From: Nanobdellota archaeon
GTDB lineage: Archaea > Nanobdellota > Nanobdellia > Pacearchaeales > GW2011-AR1
DNA: 64,000 bases
Direction of reading: 5' to 3'
NCBI GenBank assembly: GCA_030688225.1
Contig: JAUYIO010000021.1
Coordinates: 12,080-76,079 of the forward strand
Each line of letters begins with the position of its first letter. Within the stretch, counting starts at the first letter, position 1. The position numbers and the translations under genes are program-made. Shown here piece by piece: positions 38,270-48,011 of this stretch. Under the pieces are notes generated by a model. The model had not been told where the DNA came from, did no database searches, and worked only from the letters and a program-made list of their open reading frames with translations.

Positions 38270-38929
38270 CTATTTTTTCTTAGTTTCTTTCTTTTCTTCC
38301 TTCGGTGCCTCTTCAGTTTTTTTCTCGTCTGTCTTTTCTTCTTTAGCAGCTTCCTGTGCAGCTTGCTCCTGCTTTAGAAGTTTTTCCTGCATTTCCTTTA
38401 ACTCTGCAAAATATTTGTCAAGTTCTGCTTTTTTTTCTGCAGAAGTTTCTGTCTTTTCTGAATTAATTTCTTTGTCGTATTTTCCTTCTTCAATTTCTCG
38501 TTCAACTTCAAGAGGAGATTTGCTCTCAACAAGAATTCCCAAACTAGCACAAGTTCCGACGATAGTTTTAACAGCTGATTTTAAATCTTTAGAAAGCATA
38601 TTAGGTAATTTTATTTTTGCAACAGAAATAATTTGTTCTATTGAAGCATTTGCAACTTTTGTTTTTTTCTGAAGTCCTGAAGCTTTTTCTATCTTTAATT
38701 CTTTTTTTAATAATTCTGAAGCAGGAGGAGAAAAAACTTTAATATCAAATTCTTTTGTTGATGCATCTATTTTTAATTCAACTGGAACTTTTAATCCGTT
38801 GAAATCTTTTGTCGCTTCGTTTATCTTCTGAATTATGTTGTTTATGTTTATTCCAAGAGGACCGAGTTTCTGACTAAGTGCAGGGCCTGGTTTCATGCTT
38901 CCACCTTCTACTAAAAGTTTTGTTTGCAT
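38270..38929 (-). CDS. rpl11: ribosomal protein L11 with K/E-rich C-terminal extension
   Basis: LLVEGGSMKPGPALSQKLGPLGININ...FSPPASELLKKEL...LKSAVKTIVGTCASLG matches archaeal uL11; start set to internal ATG (MQTKLLVEGG). Confidence 0.85.
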   Translation of the reverse strand: MQTKLLVEGGSMKPGPALSQKLGPLGININNIIQKINEATKDFNGLKVPVELKIDASTKEFDIKVFSPPASELLKKELKIEKASGLQKKTKVANASIEQIISVAKIKLPNMLSKDLKSAVKTIVGTCASLGILVESKSPLEVEREIEEGKYDKEINSEKTETSAEKKAELDKYFAELKEMQEKLLKQEQAAQEAAKEEKTDEKKTEEAPKEEKKETKKK

Positions 38930-38930
38930 T

Positions 38931-39386
38931 TTATTCGTCGTCCTCGGCATCTTCACGCCTTATGACTTTAACATTATCAAGTTTAATTGTAACTGGCAAT
39001 GGAACAACTGCTCCTAATAAGCTAACAACTACTTCTCCTTTTTGTTTATCAATTCTTAAAACTTTTGCTTTTTCTTTTTTGAAAGGTTCTGCGATTATTT
39101 CTACAATATCTCCATCTTTTATTGAAACAGCTGTCACAGAAGGTTCTACCATATTTTTTATCTCTTCATAACCGACGGTTTTTCCAATTATTCCTTTTAT
39201 GTAAGGTAAATTAAAAACAGCTTCTTCTGCAGATTCTCTGTCTTCTGCTTCAAGAAGAATGTAACCTCGCAAACCATGCGGACGCAAAACTGAAAAAACA
39301 TTTAAGTTTTTCTTTTCAACTTTTTCTGCAATCATGTCAACTGCTCTCTCTTCCTTGTTTGTTATTACTTTTACAATAAATATCAT
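38931..39386 (-). CDS. spt5: transcription elongation factor Spt5 (archaeal NusG)
   Basis: NGN domain plus KOW GDIVEIIAEPFKKEKAKVLRID. Confidence 0.8.
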   Translation of the reverse strand: MIFIVKVITNKEERAVDMIAEKVEKKNLNVFSVLRPHGLRGYILLEAEDRESAEEAVFNLPYIKGIIGKTVGYEEIKNMVEPSVTAVSIKDGDIVEIIAEPFKKEKAKVLRIDKQKGEVVVSLLGAVVPLPVTIKLDNVKVIRREDAEDDE

Positions 39387-39466
39387 TTTGTTCGCACTAC
39401 CCCATAACTTCTTAAGAAGTAGATGAAGATTTATAAAATTAGAGGTTTATAAATTTTTGTGAGAGG

Positions 39467-41422
39467 TTATTTATGTGAAACAACAAGTCTTGGTCTTTTT
39501 GAAGTATCAGGATTGTCGCTGCTACGGAATGCCCCATCATTAGAGGGACGTTTGTAAGAGGCTGTTAAAGCCATACCATAATTAGAAACTCCTTTAACCC
39601 ATTCTTCAACCAGAGGCGTTACGTCAAATTCATGCCACCCATTATAATTTGTAAGTGTCACACTTGTTATATTTTTATTATCATAATCAGGTTTGTTATT
39701 CCATTTAATAGATTCATTCCAATTTTCCAAAACTTTTTTTACATTGACTTTTACAGGTTCGTTGTATAAAGATCCTACTCCATACAAATATAATTTTGCA
39801 GAAGTGATTGAAGCTCCGGAAGGAATTGAGGATAATGGAAATTGAATGAATGATTCATAATCCCAAATTCCTGATAACTTGGATACCTCTAATCTTTCGT
39901 TATCTTCTCCTTCATAAGAAACATTTCCATTCGCGTAGTAATTTACAGAAACATAAGCATCTTTTCCTTCTGGGCCAGGTTGTATTGTTGTTGTGATTTC
40001 TTGTCCTGTTGAACCCATCTCATTTAAAATTTTTTCAAATGAAATTACAGGATAAGCATAATCTGGAATAACACTGCTAAATATTCCCATATCAACGCCA
40101 AGAGTCATCCAAAAATTTCCATAAAGTTTCCAACTTATTGGTGATGCGGCTTCAAATTTTAAACCGCTATTCACAGCTCCTTTTGGACCAGGAAAACCTT
40201 CATAAAATAAAATATTCAAAGACATTCCTGCATAAATTTCTGATTTTAAATCTTCTTTTACTAAACTATTAGAAAATTCAAAACTATTAGAAAACTCTCT
40301 TGATGTTCTCCAACCATTTTCATAGATAATTGCAGGAGAAAAATTTGCTTTTTGGAGAACGCGCGTTTCTAACGAGCCCATCAAAGTTGATTTTATTCCG
40401 ACGACAACATCCAGTTTTGGAGTGACTACAATTGGAACCGGAGGTGCAGGAGGAGGAAGAACAAAAGTGTAGGCTCCCAAATCTAATCTCGCAATTGTTT
40501 TCTCATTAGGAAGAATATAGTATCTTGCAGTGGAAGTTAGTTTAAGATCAACAGATTCATCAGAAACAATTTTGAATAAAAATTTTCCTGGAGTTTTAAA
40601 TTCGGCATCCAAGATATAATCTAAATTAAATGAAATATTTCCGTCAAGAAAAATTTCCTTATTTCTATCTTCAAGAATAACTTTTTTCAAGTCATATGAG
40701 AAAGCAGATGCAGATGAAGCATTTTTAAAAACTCCCTCGGAAAACTCTGTTGTTTTCGCAGTTGAGGGAGAAAGAGTTTGTCTAATTGAAAAAGAATTAT
40801 TTTTCAAAACTTTTTCAAGAGTTCCTTGTTTTGTCTGAATTGTTCTTTTATCCTGAGAAATATTTGTTATCTCTCTTAAAATTCCTTTAGGAGTGTTATT
40901 GTTTATTCCTGCAACAATTATGTCTCCTTGAGAAAAAGAAACAGGATTTGTGAAAGATAAGCTGTTTTCATTAACAGAAGATAATTGATTAATCTGATTT
41001 TGGGAGAGAACATTTACGTTATAAGAATTTTTTACAAGTAAATTCCAAGATTGTTCTGCTCTTGCATTTTCTCCGTCGGCAACTATTAATTTAACAGAGT
41101 AAATCTTGTCTTGTGAAACTTCTGGAGATGTTCCAAAAATAATATTGTGAGTGACTGACAACCAGGAAGGGCCTTCAATTCTGTAATTCACCAAATCTCC
41201 GTCAGGATCTTGTGCTTGAATTTGATATTCGTAATAAGAATTTTCATCAATTTGCGTTAAAGGGCTGGAAGAAATTACTGGAGGATTATTTTTTTGAGAA
41301 ATTTGGGTTGAAGATTGTTTTTGAGAGATGGATGTTGGAGAAGAATCATCTCCACAAGTTATTAACAAAAGTGAGGTTAAACCAGTTATTAAACCTCTTT
41401 TCAACACTCTTTCAAGATTCAT
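39467..41422 (-). CDS. large lipoprotein-type surface protein with cadherin-like (He_PIG) and DNRLRE-like C-terminal domain
   Basis: Lipobox-like LLLITC; YEYQIQAQDPDGDLVNYRIEGPSWLSV He_PIG-like; C-terminal DNERLEVS...LYLYGVGS region resembles DNRLRE domain. Confidence 0.4.
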   Translation of the reverse strand: MNLERVLKRGLITGLTSLLLITCGDDSSPTSISQKQSSTQISQKNNPPVISSSPLTQIDENSYYEYQIQAQDPDGDLVNYRIEGPSWLSVTHNIIFGTSPEVSQDKIYSVKLIVADGENARAEQSWNLLVKNSYNVNVLSQNQINQLSSVNENSLSFTNPVSFSQGDIIVAGINNNTPKGILREITNISQDKRTIQTKQGTLEKVLKNNSFSIRQTLSPSTAKTTEFSEGVFKNASSASAFSYDLKKVILEDRNKEIFLDGNISFNLDYILDAEFKTPGKFLFKIVSDESVDLKLTSTARYYILPNEKTIARLDLGAYTFVLPPPAPPVPIVVTPKLDVVVGIKSTLMGSLETRVLQKANFSPAIIYENGWRTSREFSNSFEFSNSLVKEDLKSEIYAGMSLNILFYEGFPGPKGAVNSGLKFEAASPISWKLYGNFWMTLGVDMGIFSSVIPDYAYPVISFEKILNEMGSTGQEITTTIQPGPEGKDAYVSVNYYANGNVSYEGEDNERLEVSKLSGIWDYESFIQFPLSSIPSGASITSAKLYLYGVGSLYNEPVKVNVKKVLENWNESIKWNNKPDYDNKNITSVTLTNYNGWHEFDVTPLVEEWVKGVSNYGMALTASYKRPSNDGAFRSSDNPDTSKRPRLVVSHK

Positions 41423-41469
41423 TATAAATCTATTTTCTTTTAGAAATATTTAAAGATTTATGTAAAAGA

Positions 41470-41640
41470 CTATACAAAAACTTTCATCAACAAACTAATT
41501 GCAAATCCAATTGCCCCCACTATCCCTATTCCAATTGCAGAAACTTTTGAAATTGTTTGAAATTCTTTTCTTGAAGGTTTTTTCAAAATATGCCACACTC
41601 TTCTGCATTTAATGAAAAATGATTTTGCCTGTTCAATCAT
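41470..41640 (-). CDS. secE: protein translocase subunit SecE (Sec61 gamma)
   Basis: Not in ORF track; hand translation MIEQAKSFFIKCRRVWHILKKPSRKEFQTISKVSAIGIGIVGAIGFAISLLMKVFV: amphipathic N-part with KKPSRKEF then single TM; sits between ftsZ and spt5 as in many archaea. Confidence 0.6.
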   Translation of the reverse strand: MIEQAKSFFIKCRRVWHILKKPSRKEFQTISKVSAIGIGIVGAIGFAISLLMKVFV

Positions 41641-41670
41641 GATTTAAGGAGAAATAGGGAGTTTTTAAAA

Positions 41671-42774
41671 TTATTCAAAAAACTCAATCCCCAATTCCTC
41701 TTCAATTTCCTGGTGTTTTCTTTTTTCCAAACTATCTGTGTGTCCTAAAATCTGATTACTCTTTACACCTGTAACAATTAACAAAACTCTTATTGATTTT
41801 TCCATGTCTGGTGAAAGTTGTGCTCCCCAGATTAATTTCGCATCAGGGTTTAATTTTTCTCCAACTGCCTCAATTATTAATTTGCATTCGTCAAGGCTCA
41901 TGTCAGAACCCCCGATAATATTTACAAGAGCGCCTGTTGCATTTGAGATATCAACATCAAGAAGTGGATTTTGAATTGCCTTTTCAACAGCTTCTATTGC
42001 TCTTTGTTGTGTGTCTGATTCTCCCAAACCAATCAACGAAACTCCTCCGTCAACCATCACAGCTTTTATATCTGCAAAATCTAAATTTACCAAACCTGAT
42101 TTTGTTACAAGCTCTGTAACCCCTTTTACTGCGTTTGTCAAAATCTCGTCGGCAATTTTAAATGCTGTGTGTAATGGCAGTTCTGGTGCAAGTTCAAGAA
42201 GTTTATCATTTGGAATTACAATCAGCGTATCAACTGTTGATTCCATTCTTTCCAAACCTTCCATTGCATTTTCAATTCTTTTTTTCCCTTCAATTGTGAA
42301 AGGAAGAGTAACAACCCCTATTGTTAAAGCGCCTTGTTTTTTCGCCAGATTCGCGACGACAGGAGCGGCGCCAGTTCCTGTTCCACCTCCTAAACCACAG
42401 GTAATGAATATCATATCACTTCCTTCAATTTTTTTCTTTATCTCAGACTCAGATTCTTTTGCAGCTTCTTTTCCAACTGTCGGATTACTTCCTGCTCCCA
42501 AACCTTGAGTTAATTCTCTCCCAATTAATATTTTCTGATCAGAATTTGCATATAATAAATCTTGGGCATCTGTGTTAATTGCAATTAATTCTCCCCCTTT
42601 AATCCCTATCTCTTTCATTCTGCTTAAAGAGTTATTTCCTCCACCCCCAACACCAATTACTTTTATTTTTGCAGATTGTTTTTTTAGAAGTTCTTCTAAT
42701 TCTCTGTCAATTTCTTGCAAATGTGGTGCAATGTCAGATATTACAGAACCATTATCGCTTGAGTAAACAGCCAT
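41671..42774 (-). CDS. ftsZ: cell division GTPase FtsZ
   Basis: GVGGGGNN, tubulin signature GLGGGTGTGAAP; 367 aa. Confidence 0.9.
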   Translation of the reverse strand: MAVYSSDNGSVISDIAPHLQEIDRELEELLKKQSAKIKVIGVGGGGNNSLSRMKEIGIKGGELIAINTDAQDLLYANSDQKILIGRELTQGLGAGSNPTVGKEAAKESESEIKKKIEGSDMIFITCGLGGGTGTGAAPVVANLAKKQGALTIGVVTLPFTIEGKKRIENAMEGLERMESTVDTLIVIPNDKLLELAPELPLHTAFKIADEILTNAVKGVTELVTKSGLVNLDFADIKAVMVDGGVSLIGLGESDTQQRAIEAVEKAIQNPLLDVDISNATGALVNIIGGSDMSLDECKLIIEAVGEKLNPDAKLIWGAQLSPDMEKSIRVLLIVTGVKSNQILGHTDSLEKRKHQEIEEELGIEFFE

Positions 42775-42805
42775 GATTATTATAGCTAACTGCTATTTAT
42801 AAGAA

Positions 42806-43444
42806 TTATTGTGATGTTTTAGGGATTTCCTTGATTTCAAGTTCTAATCCTAAAAGGTCTTTGAATTTATCCCTGAATAAGTTAAAGAATTCTCCAAATT
42901 GCTTGTCAGCTTCTATAAAAAGCTTTTTTCCTTCAATATTAAATTTAAAATCTTTTCTTGTAAAGAATTCTATTAGTGCTTTTGTTTTTTCATTTATATC
43001 TTCTACTTTTTTTAATACTTTTACCTCATAAACAACAGTTTTTCCTGCAAGAGGATGATTAAAATCAACAATAACTCTTCCCCCTGAGACTGACAAAACT
43101 TTTGCTATCTTCCCATCAAAGTTAAAAACAGAACCAGGAACAGGATTTGTTTTTTGTTGATGAAAAATTTTGATTGGAATTACTTGAACCAAATTAGTCT
43201 CTCTCTTTCCAAAAGCTTTTTCAGGAGACAATTCAATTTCATATCTTCCATTTTCTTTTCCAATAAGAAAGTCTTCAACACCTTTAAGGAACATACCTTC
43301 TCCTAAACAAAAAACAAAAGGTTTTGCTTCCAATTTTAATCCTGCTTTTTTAATATCCTCTTGAATGTTTGAATCAAAAATAGAGCTATTTTTTATTTTC
43401 CCTGTGAATTCTATCTCAATAAAATCTTTTTTTGCAAATGGCAT
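42806..43444 (-). CDS. FKBP-type peptidyl-prolyl cis-trans isomerase (archaeal long FKBP with IF domain)
   Basis: FVFCLGEGMFLKGVEDFLIG...VDFNHPLAGKTVVYEVKV. Confidence 0.75.
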   Translation of the reverse strand: MPFAKKDFIEIEFTGKIKNSSIFDSNIQEDIKKAGLKLEAKPFVFCLGEGMFLKGVEDFLIGKENGRYEIELSPEKAFGKRETNLVQVIPIKIFHQQKTNPVPGSVFNFDGKIAKVLSVSGGRVIVDFNHPLAGKTVVYEVKVLKKVEDINEKTKALIEFFTRKDFKFNIEGKKLFIEADKQFGEFFNLFRDKFKDLLGLELEIKEIPKTSQ

Positions 43445-43496
43445 TTATTAATTGGATTTTGAGAATGTTTATAAATGTATTTTTTTTAGTTAAAAT

Positions 43497-43883
43497 ATGG
43501 TTTTGAAAATAATTGAGGCGACACAAGCGAAAGTAGGAACAAATATTATCGTCGATGGAACACCGTGCGTTGTCAAGAGCATGGACATTAGTAAAACAGG
43601 AAAACACGGACATGCGAAAGTTAGAATAGAAGCTGTCGGGATAATCACTGGACAAAAAAAAGTTTTTGTTGTTCCAGGGCATGAAAGAATGGAAGTTCCT
43701 ATGGTAGACAAGAGAAAAGGACAGGTTCTCTCAGTAGGAGATAATGTTAGCTTAATGGATTTGGAGAACTTTGAAACCTTAGAAGTTGCTTGTCCTGAAG
43801 AGATAAAATCAGAGCTTGAAGAAAATTCCAATGTAGAATATTGGGATGTTGAAGGTGAAAAAATAATTAAACGTAAATTATAA
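43497..43883 (+). CDS. eif5a: translation initiation factor 5A
   Basis: hypusination loop SKTGKHGHAKV. Confidence 0.85.
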   Translation: MVLKIIEATQAKVGTNIIVDGTPCVVKSMDISKTGKHGHAKVRIEAVGIITGQKKVFVVPGHERMEVPMVDKRKGQVLSVGDNVSLMDLENFETLEVACPEEIKSELEENSNVEYWDVEGEKIIKRKL

Positions 43884-43884
43884 C

Positions 43885-44046
43885 ATGGCAAAGATACAGG
43901 AAGCTACCACGAGATTGTTTAAGAATGTTTTTGTTTGTAAAAAGTGTCATACAAAAATAAGAGCGAAGCAACTGAAGATTCTTGAAGGGAAAGTAAAATG
44001 CAGAAAATGTGGAAGAAAAGCATTTCGTCCTTTAAAGAAAAAATAA
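43885..44046 (+). CDS. rpl40e: ribosomal protein L40e
   Basis: Not in ORF track; hand translation MAKIQEATTRLFKNVFVCKKCHTKIRAKQLKILEGKVKCRKCGRKAFRPLKKK with C-x2-C...C-x2-C as in eL40. Confidence 0.7.
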   Translation: MAKIQEATTRLFKNVFVCKKCHTKIRAKQLKILEGKVKCRKCGRKAFRPLKKK

Positions 44047-44053
44047 ATAAGTT

Positions 44054-45493
44054 TTGAAAAAGATGGTTAATTTAGTTGTGCTTGATTTGTTACTGTTAGC
44101 TCTATTTGTAATTTTAATATCTTTTTTTCTTTACAAAAATAGAAAGAATCTTGGACAAGAAGGATGGCTTATGCTTTACAGGACAAAGTGGGGAATTAAA
44201 CTTATTGATTACGTCGGTAAAAAATATCAAAAAACTCTCAAAATTTTAAGTTACATCTCCATCGCAACAGGATACGTCTTGATGGTAGGTATTGTTATTT
44301 TAATCATTCAATCTGTTTATCTTTATTTCACTTCATCAATTTTGCAAAATTTCAAAGCCCCTCCTGTGGCCCCACTCATCCCTTATTTCCCAAAAATATT
44401 TGGATTGGAAGGTTTTTTTCCTGAATTTTATTTCATTGATTTTATAATAGCAATATTGATTGTTGCTACAGTTCATGAATTTTCCCACGGGATTTTTGCC
44501 AGAAGATACAACATCAGAATAAAATCAACTGGTTTTGCTTTCCTGAAATATTTCCCTGCAATTTTTGGGGCTTTTGTTGAGCAAGATGACAAACAGATGA
44601 CGAAAAAAACAAAGTTCAGCCAAATGTCGGTTCTTTCTGCAGGAGTATTTGCAAACATAATAACTTCAATTCTATTTTACTTCATACTCTTTTTATTTTT
44701 CTCTGTTTCTTTTTCAGCTACAGGAGTTGGATTTAATTCTTATAGTTATTCTATTGTGAATGTTTCAAAGATAGATTCTGTGAATGGCATTGAAGTAAAT
44801 AACATCCAAAATTATGATAATCTTCTTGAAAATTTAGAAGAAGAAGGATTAAATGAATTTTCTGCTGAAGATAAAAATTATATTGCTTCAAAGAAATTTC
44901 TTGAGAACCAAAAAGAAAACCAAGGGTTAATAATCCTCTATAACGACGCCCCGGCAATTAGGGCAGGGATTGGGAATATAATTCTCAAAATAAATGGTGA
45001 GGCTACTACCAGCTTGGAAAAATTAGAATCTGAATTGAAAAAATATTCTCCTGGAGATGTTGTTGAAATAGAGACACTTGAAAGCTCTGATATCAAAAAA
45101 TATAATGTTGAACTTAAAGAAAACCCGAATGACAAAACAAGAGTTTGGCTTGGAGTAGGATTTCTTTCACAGAAACAAAGTGGAGTAATTGGGAAAACCA
45201 TCTCTTACTTTCCTTCTTATAAAGAGCCTTATGTTTATTATGAACCAAAAAATGAACTCAGCTCTTTCATAAAAGATTTATTATGGTGGATTGTAATAAT
45301 CAATTTGCTTGTTGGATTTTTCAATATGCTTCCTTTAGGGATTCTCGACGGAGGAAGATTCTTTTATCTGACTATTCTAAGCATTACAAAATCTGAAAAA
45401 ATTGCCAAGAAATTTTTTAGCATAGTGTCTCTTCTTATTTTCTTACTTTTTTTCCTTCTATTAGCAAGATGGATTTTTATTAGAATTCTGTAA
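44054..45493 (+). CDS. site-2 protease (M50 family) with PDZ domain
   Basis: HEFSHGIFAR (HExxH in TM), FNMLPLGILDGG (LDG motif), PDZ-like insert. Confidence 0.7.
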   Translation: MKKMVNLVVLDLLLLALFVILISFFLYKNRKNLGQEGWLMLYRTKWGIKLIDYVGKKYQKTLKILSYISIATGYVLMVGIVILIIQSVYLYFTSSILQNFKAPPVAPLIPYFPKIFGLEGFFPEFYFIDFIIAILIVATVHEFSHGIFARRYNIRIKSTGFAFLKYFPAIFGAFVEQDDKQMTKKTKFSQMSVLSAGVFANIITSILFYFILFLFFSVSFSATGVGFNSYSYSIVNVSKIDSVNGIEVNNIQNYDNLLENLEEEGLNEFSAEDKNYIASKKFLENQKENQGLIILYNDAPAIRAGIGNIILKINGEATTSLEKLESELKKYSPGDVVEIETLESSDIKKYNVELKENPNDKTRVWLGVGFLSQKQSGVIGKTISYFPSYKEPYVYYEPKNELSSFIKDLLWWIVIINLLVGFFNMLPLGILDGGRFFYLTILSITKSEKIAKKFFSIVSLLIFLLFFLLLARWIFIRIL

Positions 45494-45769
45494 AATTTTA
45501 AAAAAATTTATTTTTGGATTTTAAAAAAAATCTTGGGAAAAAGTATTTAAAGCTTCTTAACGTAATAAAAATAATTAAAAAGAGGTATGAAAATGGCAAA
45601 AAAGAAAGCTAAGAAAAAAGCTAAGAAAAAGAAAAGAAGGTAATTGAATTTATTTTTTATTTTTATTTTTTATTTATTATAAAATTTTAAGGTTTTATTT
45701 TTGTGTCCAATTTAACTTCTTTTTCTCTGTAAAAGATGGGTTTATAAAATATTTTTCTTTTTATTCAAT

Positions 45770-46441
45770 ATGGATGGTTTTAATAAAAAAGAGATTACTA
45801 TCTTAAAAAAACTGAATACTCCGTCGAAAATACAAGATTTTCTGGAGGAATTAGAGATAAATTTTGAAAAGAATGGTGATACTTGTGTTTCCCCAAAAAA
45901 AGTTCTTGAAACAGGAAAAGCTCATTGCATAGAGGCAGCCATATTTGCATGTGCTGCATTAAAAATGAATAATTATCCTCCTCTCGTCGTGGATTTAACT
46001 GCAAACGACAAAGATTATGATCACGTCATTGCTGTTTTTAAAAAAGGAAAATTCTGGGGAGCGATAAGCAAATCAAACAGAGCTATTTTAAAATACAGAG
46101 ATCCTATTTACAAATCAATAAGAGAATTAGTTATGTCTTATTTTAATGAATATTTTACCGACGATGGGAAAAAAACTTTGAGATCATACAGCATGCCTGT
46201 GAATTTAGATAAGTTCAATAAGTTGAATTGGATGTGTTCTGATGAAAATATATGGTTCATACCAGAATATCTTTTAGAGGTAAAACATTTTCCAATAGTT
46301 TCAAAAAAACAAGTTCATTCTCTTAGAAAAACCGAAGCCATAGAAGTTCATGCCGGAAAAATTCAACAATGGAAACCTGTTGGTGAAAAGGCAACAAAAA
46401 TAAAATATAAGAGAGATAAAATTTCTAAGATGGAGGTTTAG
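45770..46441 (+). CDS. hypothetical protein, possible papain/transglutaminase-like Cys-His fold
   Basis: KAHCIEAAIFACAAL ... DYDHVIAVF suggests a Cys...His catalytic pair; weak. Confidence 0.25.
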   Translation: MDGFNKKEITILKKLNTPSKIQDFLEELEINFEKNGDTCVSPKKVLETGKAHCIEAAIFACAALKMNNYPPLVVDLTANDKDYDHVIAVFKKGKFWGAISKSNRAILKYRDPIYKSIRELVMSYFNEYFTDDGKKTLRSYSMPVNLDKFNKLNWMCSDENIWFIPEYLLEVKHFPIVSKKQVHSLRKTEAIEVHAGKIQQWKPVGEKATKIKYKRDKISKMEV

Positions 46442-46795
46442 TTACAAATCAATAACTCCTTCTTTAGTGAGGGCTGCGAATCTTATTCCGACAGGCAAAT
46501 TGATTAGTGCAGAAATCAAAGCCATGTGTTCTTTTCCTTCGCCACTTGCTATTGAAAGGGCGACTTCTGTTCCATTTATTTTTCCTTTAAGTTTTTGTAA
46601 AAATTCATTTTGCAAATCTTTTATTTTTTTATCCAAATCTACTTTGAGAAATTCAAATTTTTTTTCATGTTTGAAATCTTTTGCAAAGTCTCCCCCAAGA
46701 AGAATTACATTGTCCCATTCTCCATGAGTCATTAATCCTGAAACTTGTGCCCAAGAACCTTTTCCTGTTGAAAGTAATGCTATGAGTTCCATCAA
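46442..46795 (-). CDS. hypothetical protein
   Basis: 117 aa ORF. Confidence 0.3.
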   Translation of the reverse strand: MMELIALLSTGKGSWAQVSGLMTHGEWDNVILLGGDFAKDFKHEKKFEFLKVDLDKKIKDLQNEFLQKLKGKINGTEVALSIASGEGKEHMALISALINLPVGIRFAALTKEGVIDL

Positions 46796-47042
46796 AAGAC
46801 ACCTCGCGGTTTCTTTTGTAAGCTTCCCTTCCTGTATTTGAAGGACGACATTTTCTTTGCAATCCGAAGATGTCGTATAAACATGGAATCACTTTTAAAT
46901 ACCATGTTAGGGAAAACAAGAATTTATTTATAAGGATTGTTATAGTAAAACTTATAAATGCCTTTTATCTAAGGAATTCATCGTACTACATCATCACGAA
47001 ATAAATTCTATGCTCGTGGTGCATAGGTAGAAGATATTTAAG

Positions 47043-47672
47043 ATGGATTTGAATGAAGATTTGAAAACAGCTTTAGCTGAATTAAGAAAAACAGAAGAAA
47101 GAAAATTCAACCAGAGTGTTGACTTAATTATAAATCTGCAAAAATTTGATGTCAAAAAAAATTCAATTAATCTTTTTACTTCTGTCCCTCATAAAATCAA
47201 AGACAAGAAAATTGCTGCATTCCTGGAAACTAAAAATAAAAATGTTGATACTATCACAAAGATGGAATTTAAAAAATATTCAGACAAAAAAGAAGTAAAA
47301 AAATTGGTAAAAAAATTTGATTTCTTTATTGCTCAGGCGAGTTTAATGCCTTCTGTTGCAACATCTTTTGGTAGAGTTTTGGGACCAGCAGGAAAAATGC
47401 CCTCTCCTCAATTAGGAATTATTACTAATAGCGATGACAAAACTATTAGTGAATTAAAAAATAAAATAGAAAATAGTGTGAAAATAAAAGTCAAAGAAGC
47501 AAGTATAAAACTTGCTGTTGGGAAACAAAGCATGAAAGACGAAGATATTATTGAGAACATTTTGGCAGTTTATAATGCTGTAATAAAAGCTCTCCCAAGA
47601 GACAAGGAGAACATAAAAAATATAGAGGTAAAATTCACAATGACTAAACCTCAGAAAATAAAAATAAGATGA
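47043..47672 (+). CDS. rpl1: ribosomal protein L1
   Basis: uL1 pattern throughout; 209 aa. Confidence 0.85.
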   Translation: MDLNEDLKTALAELRKTEERKFNQSVDLIINLQKFDVKKNSINLFTSVPHKIKDKKIAAFLETKNKNVDTITKMEFKKYSDKKEVKKLVKKFDFFIAQASLMPSVATSFGRVLGPAGKMPSPQLGIITNSDDKTISELKNKIENSVKIKVKEASIKLAVGKQSMKDEDIIENILAVYNAVIKALPRDKENIKNIEVKFTMTKPQKIKIR

Positions 47673-48010
47673 GTGAAGAAACAGAATTTCAGAAAAAATT
47701 TAAGAGAAATGAAGAATTTTATACTCAGGAGTATGTCATAAAGACAATAATGGATTCTTTTCCAGATGATGGAAGATATTCTAATGCGAGGGGATTTAAG
47801 GGTTTGATTAGAATCGCAAATGGTTCAATATGGGGACCAAAAAAACCAGAAAGTGTGGAAGAATTGACAAGAATAATTCCAAGTTTTTATCTTATTGAGC
47901 AATCTATAAGTATTTATGAAAAAGGTTCGGAATGTGATGAATGTAAAACTTCTTTCTTAGTTACTGACTGCGGATATATTTGCATTGAAAAGGAGGCTAT
48001 AAACTTTTAA
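47669..48010 (+). CDS. hypothetical zinc-ribbon protein inserted between rpl1 and P0
   Basis: 113 aa; C-terminal CDECKTSFLVTDCGYIC (C-x2-C-x9-C-x3-C). Confidence 0.35.
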   Translation: MSEETEFQKKFKRNEEFYTQEYVIKTIMDSFPDDGRYSNARGFKGLIRIANGSIWGPKKPESVEELTRIIPSFYLIEQSISIYEKGSECDECKTSFLVTDCGYICIEKEAINF

Positions 48011-48011
48011 A

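Noticed and set aside
45593-45643. Calling the 16-aa K-rich micro-ORF ribosomal protein L41e
   Set aside because: eL41 is Arg/Trp/Met-rich (about 25 aa); composition here is Lys/Ala, so only flagged as a candidate micropeptide
46665-46919. 84-aa minus-strand ORF in the rpl1 upstream region
   Set aside because: Overlaps the end of the 46442-46795 gene and a structured non-coding leader; Arg/Cys-rich product with no motif
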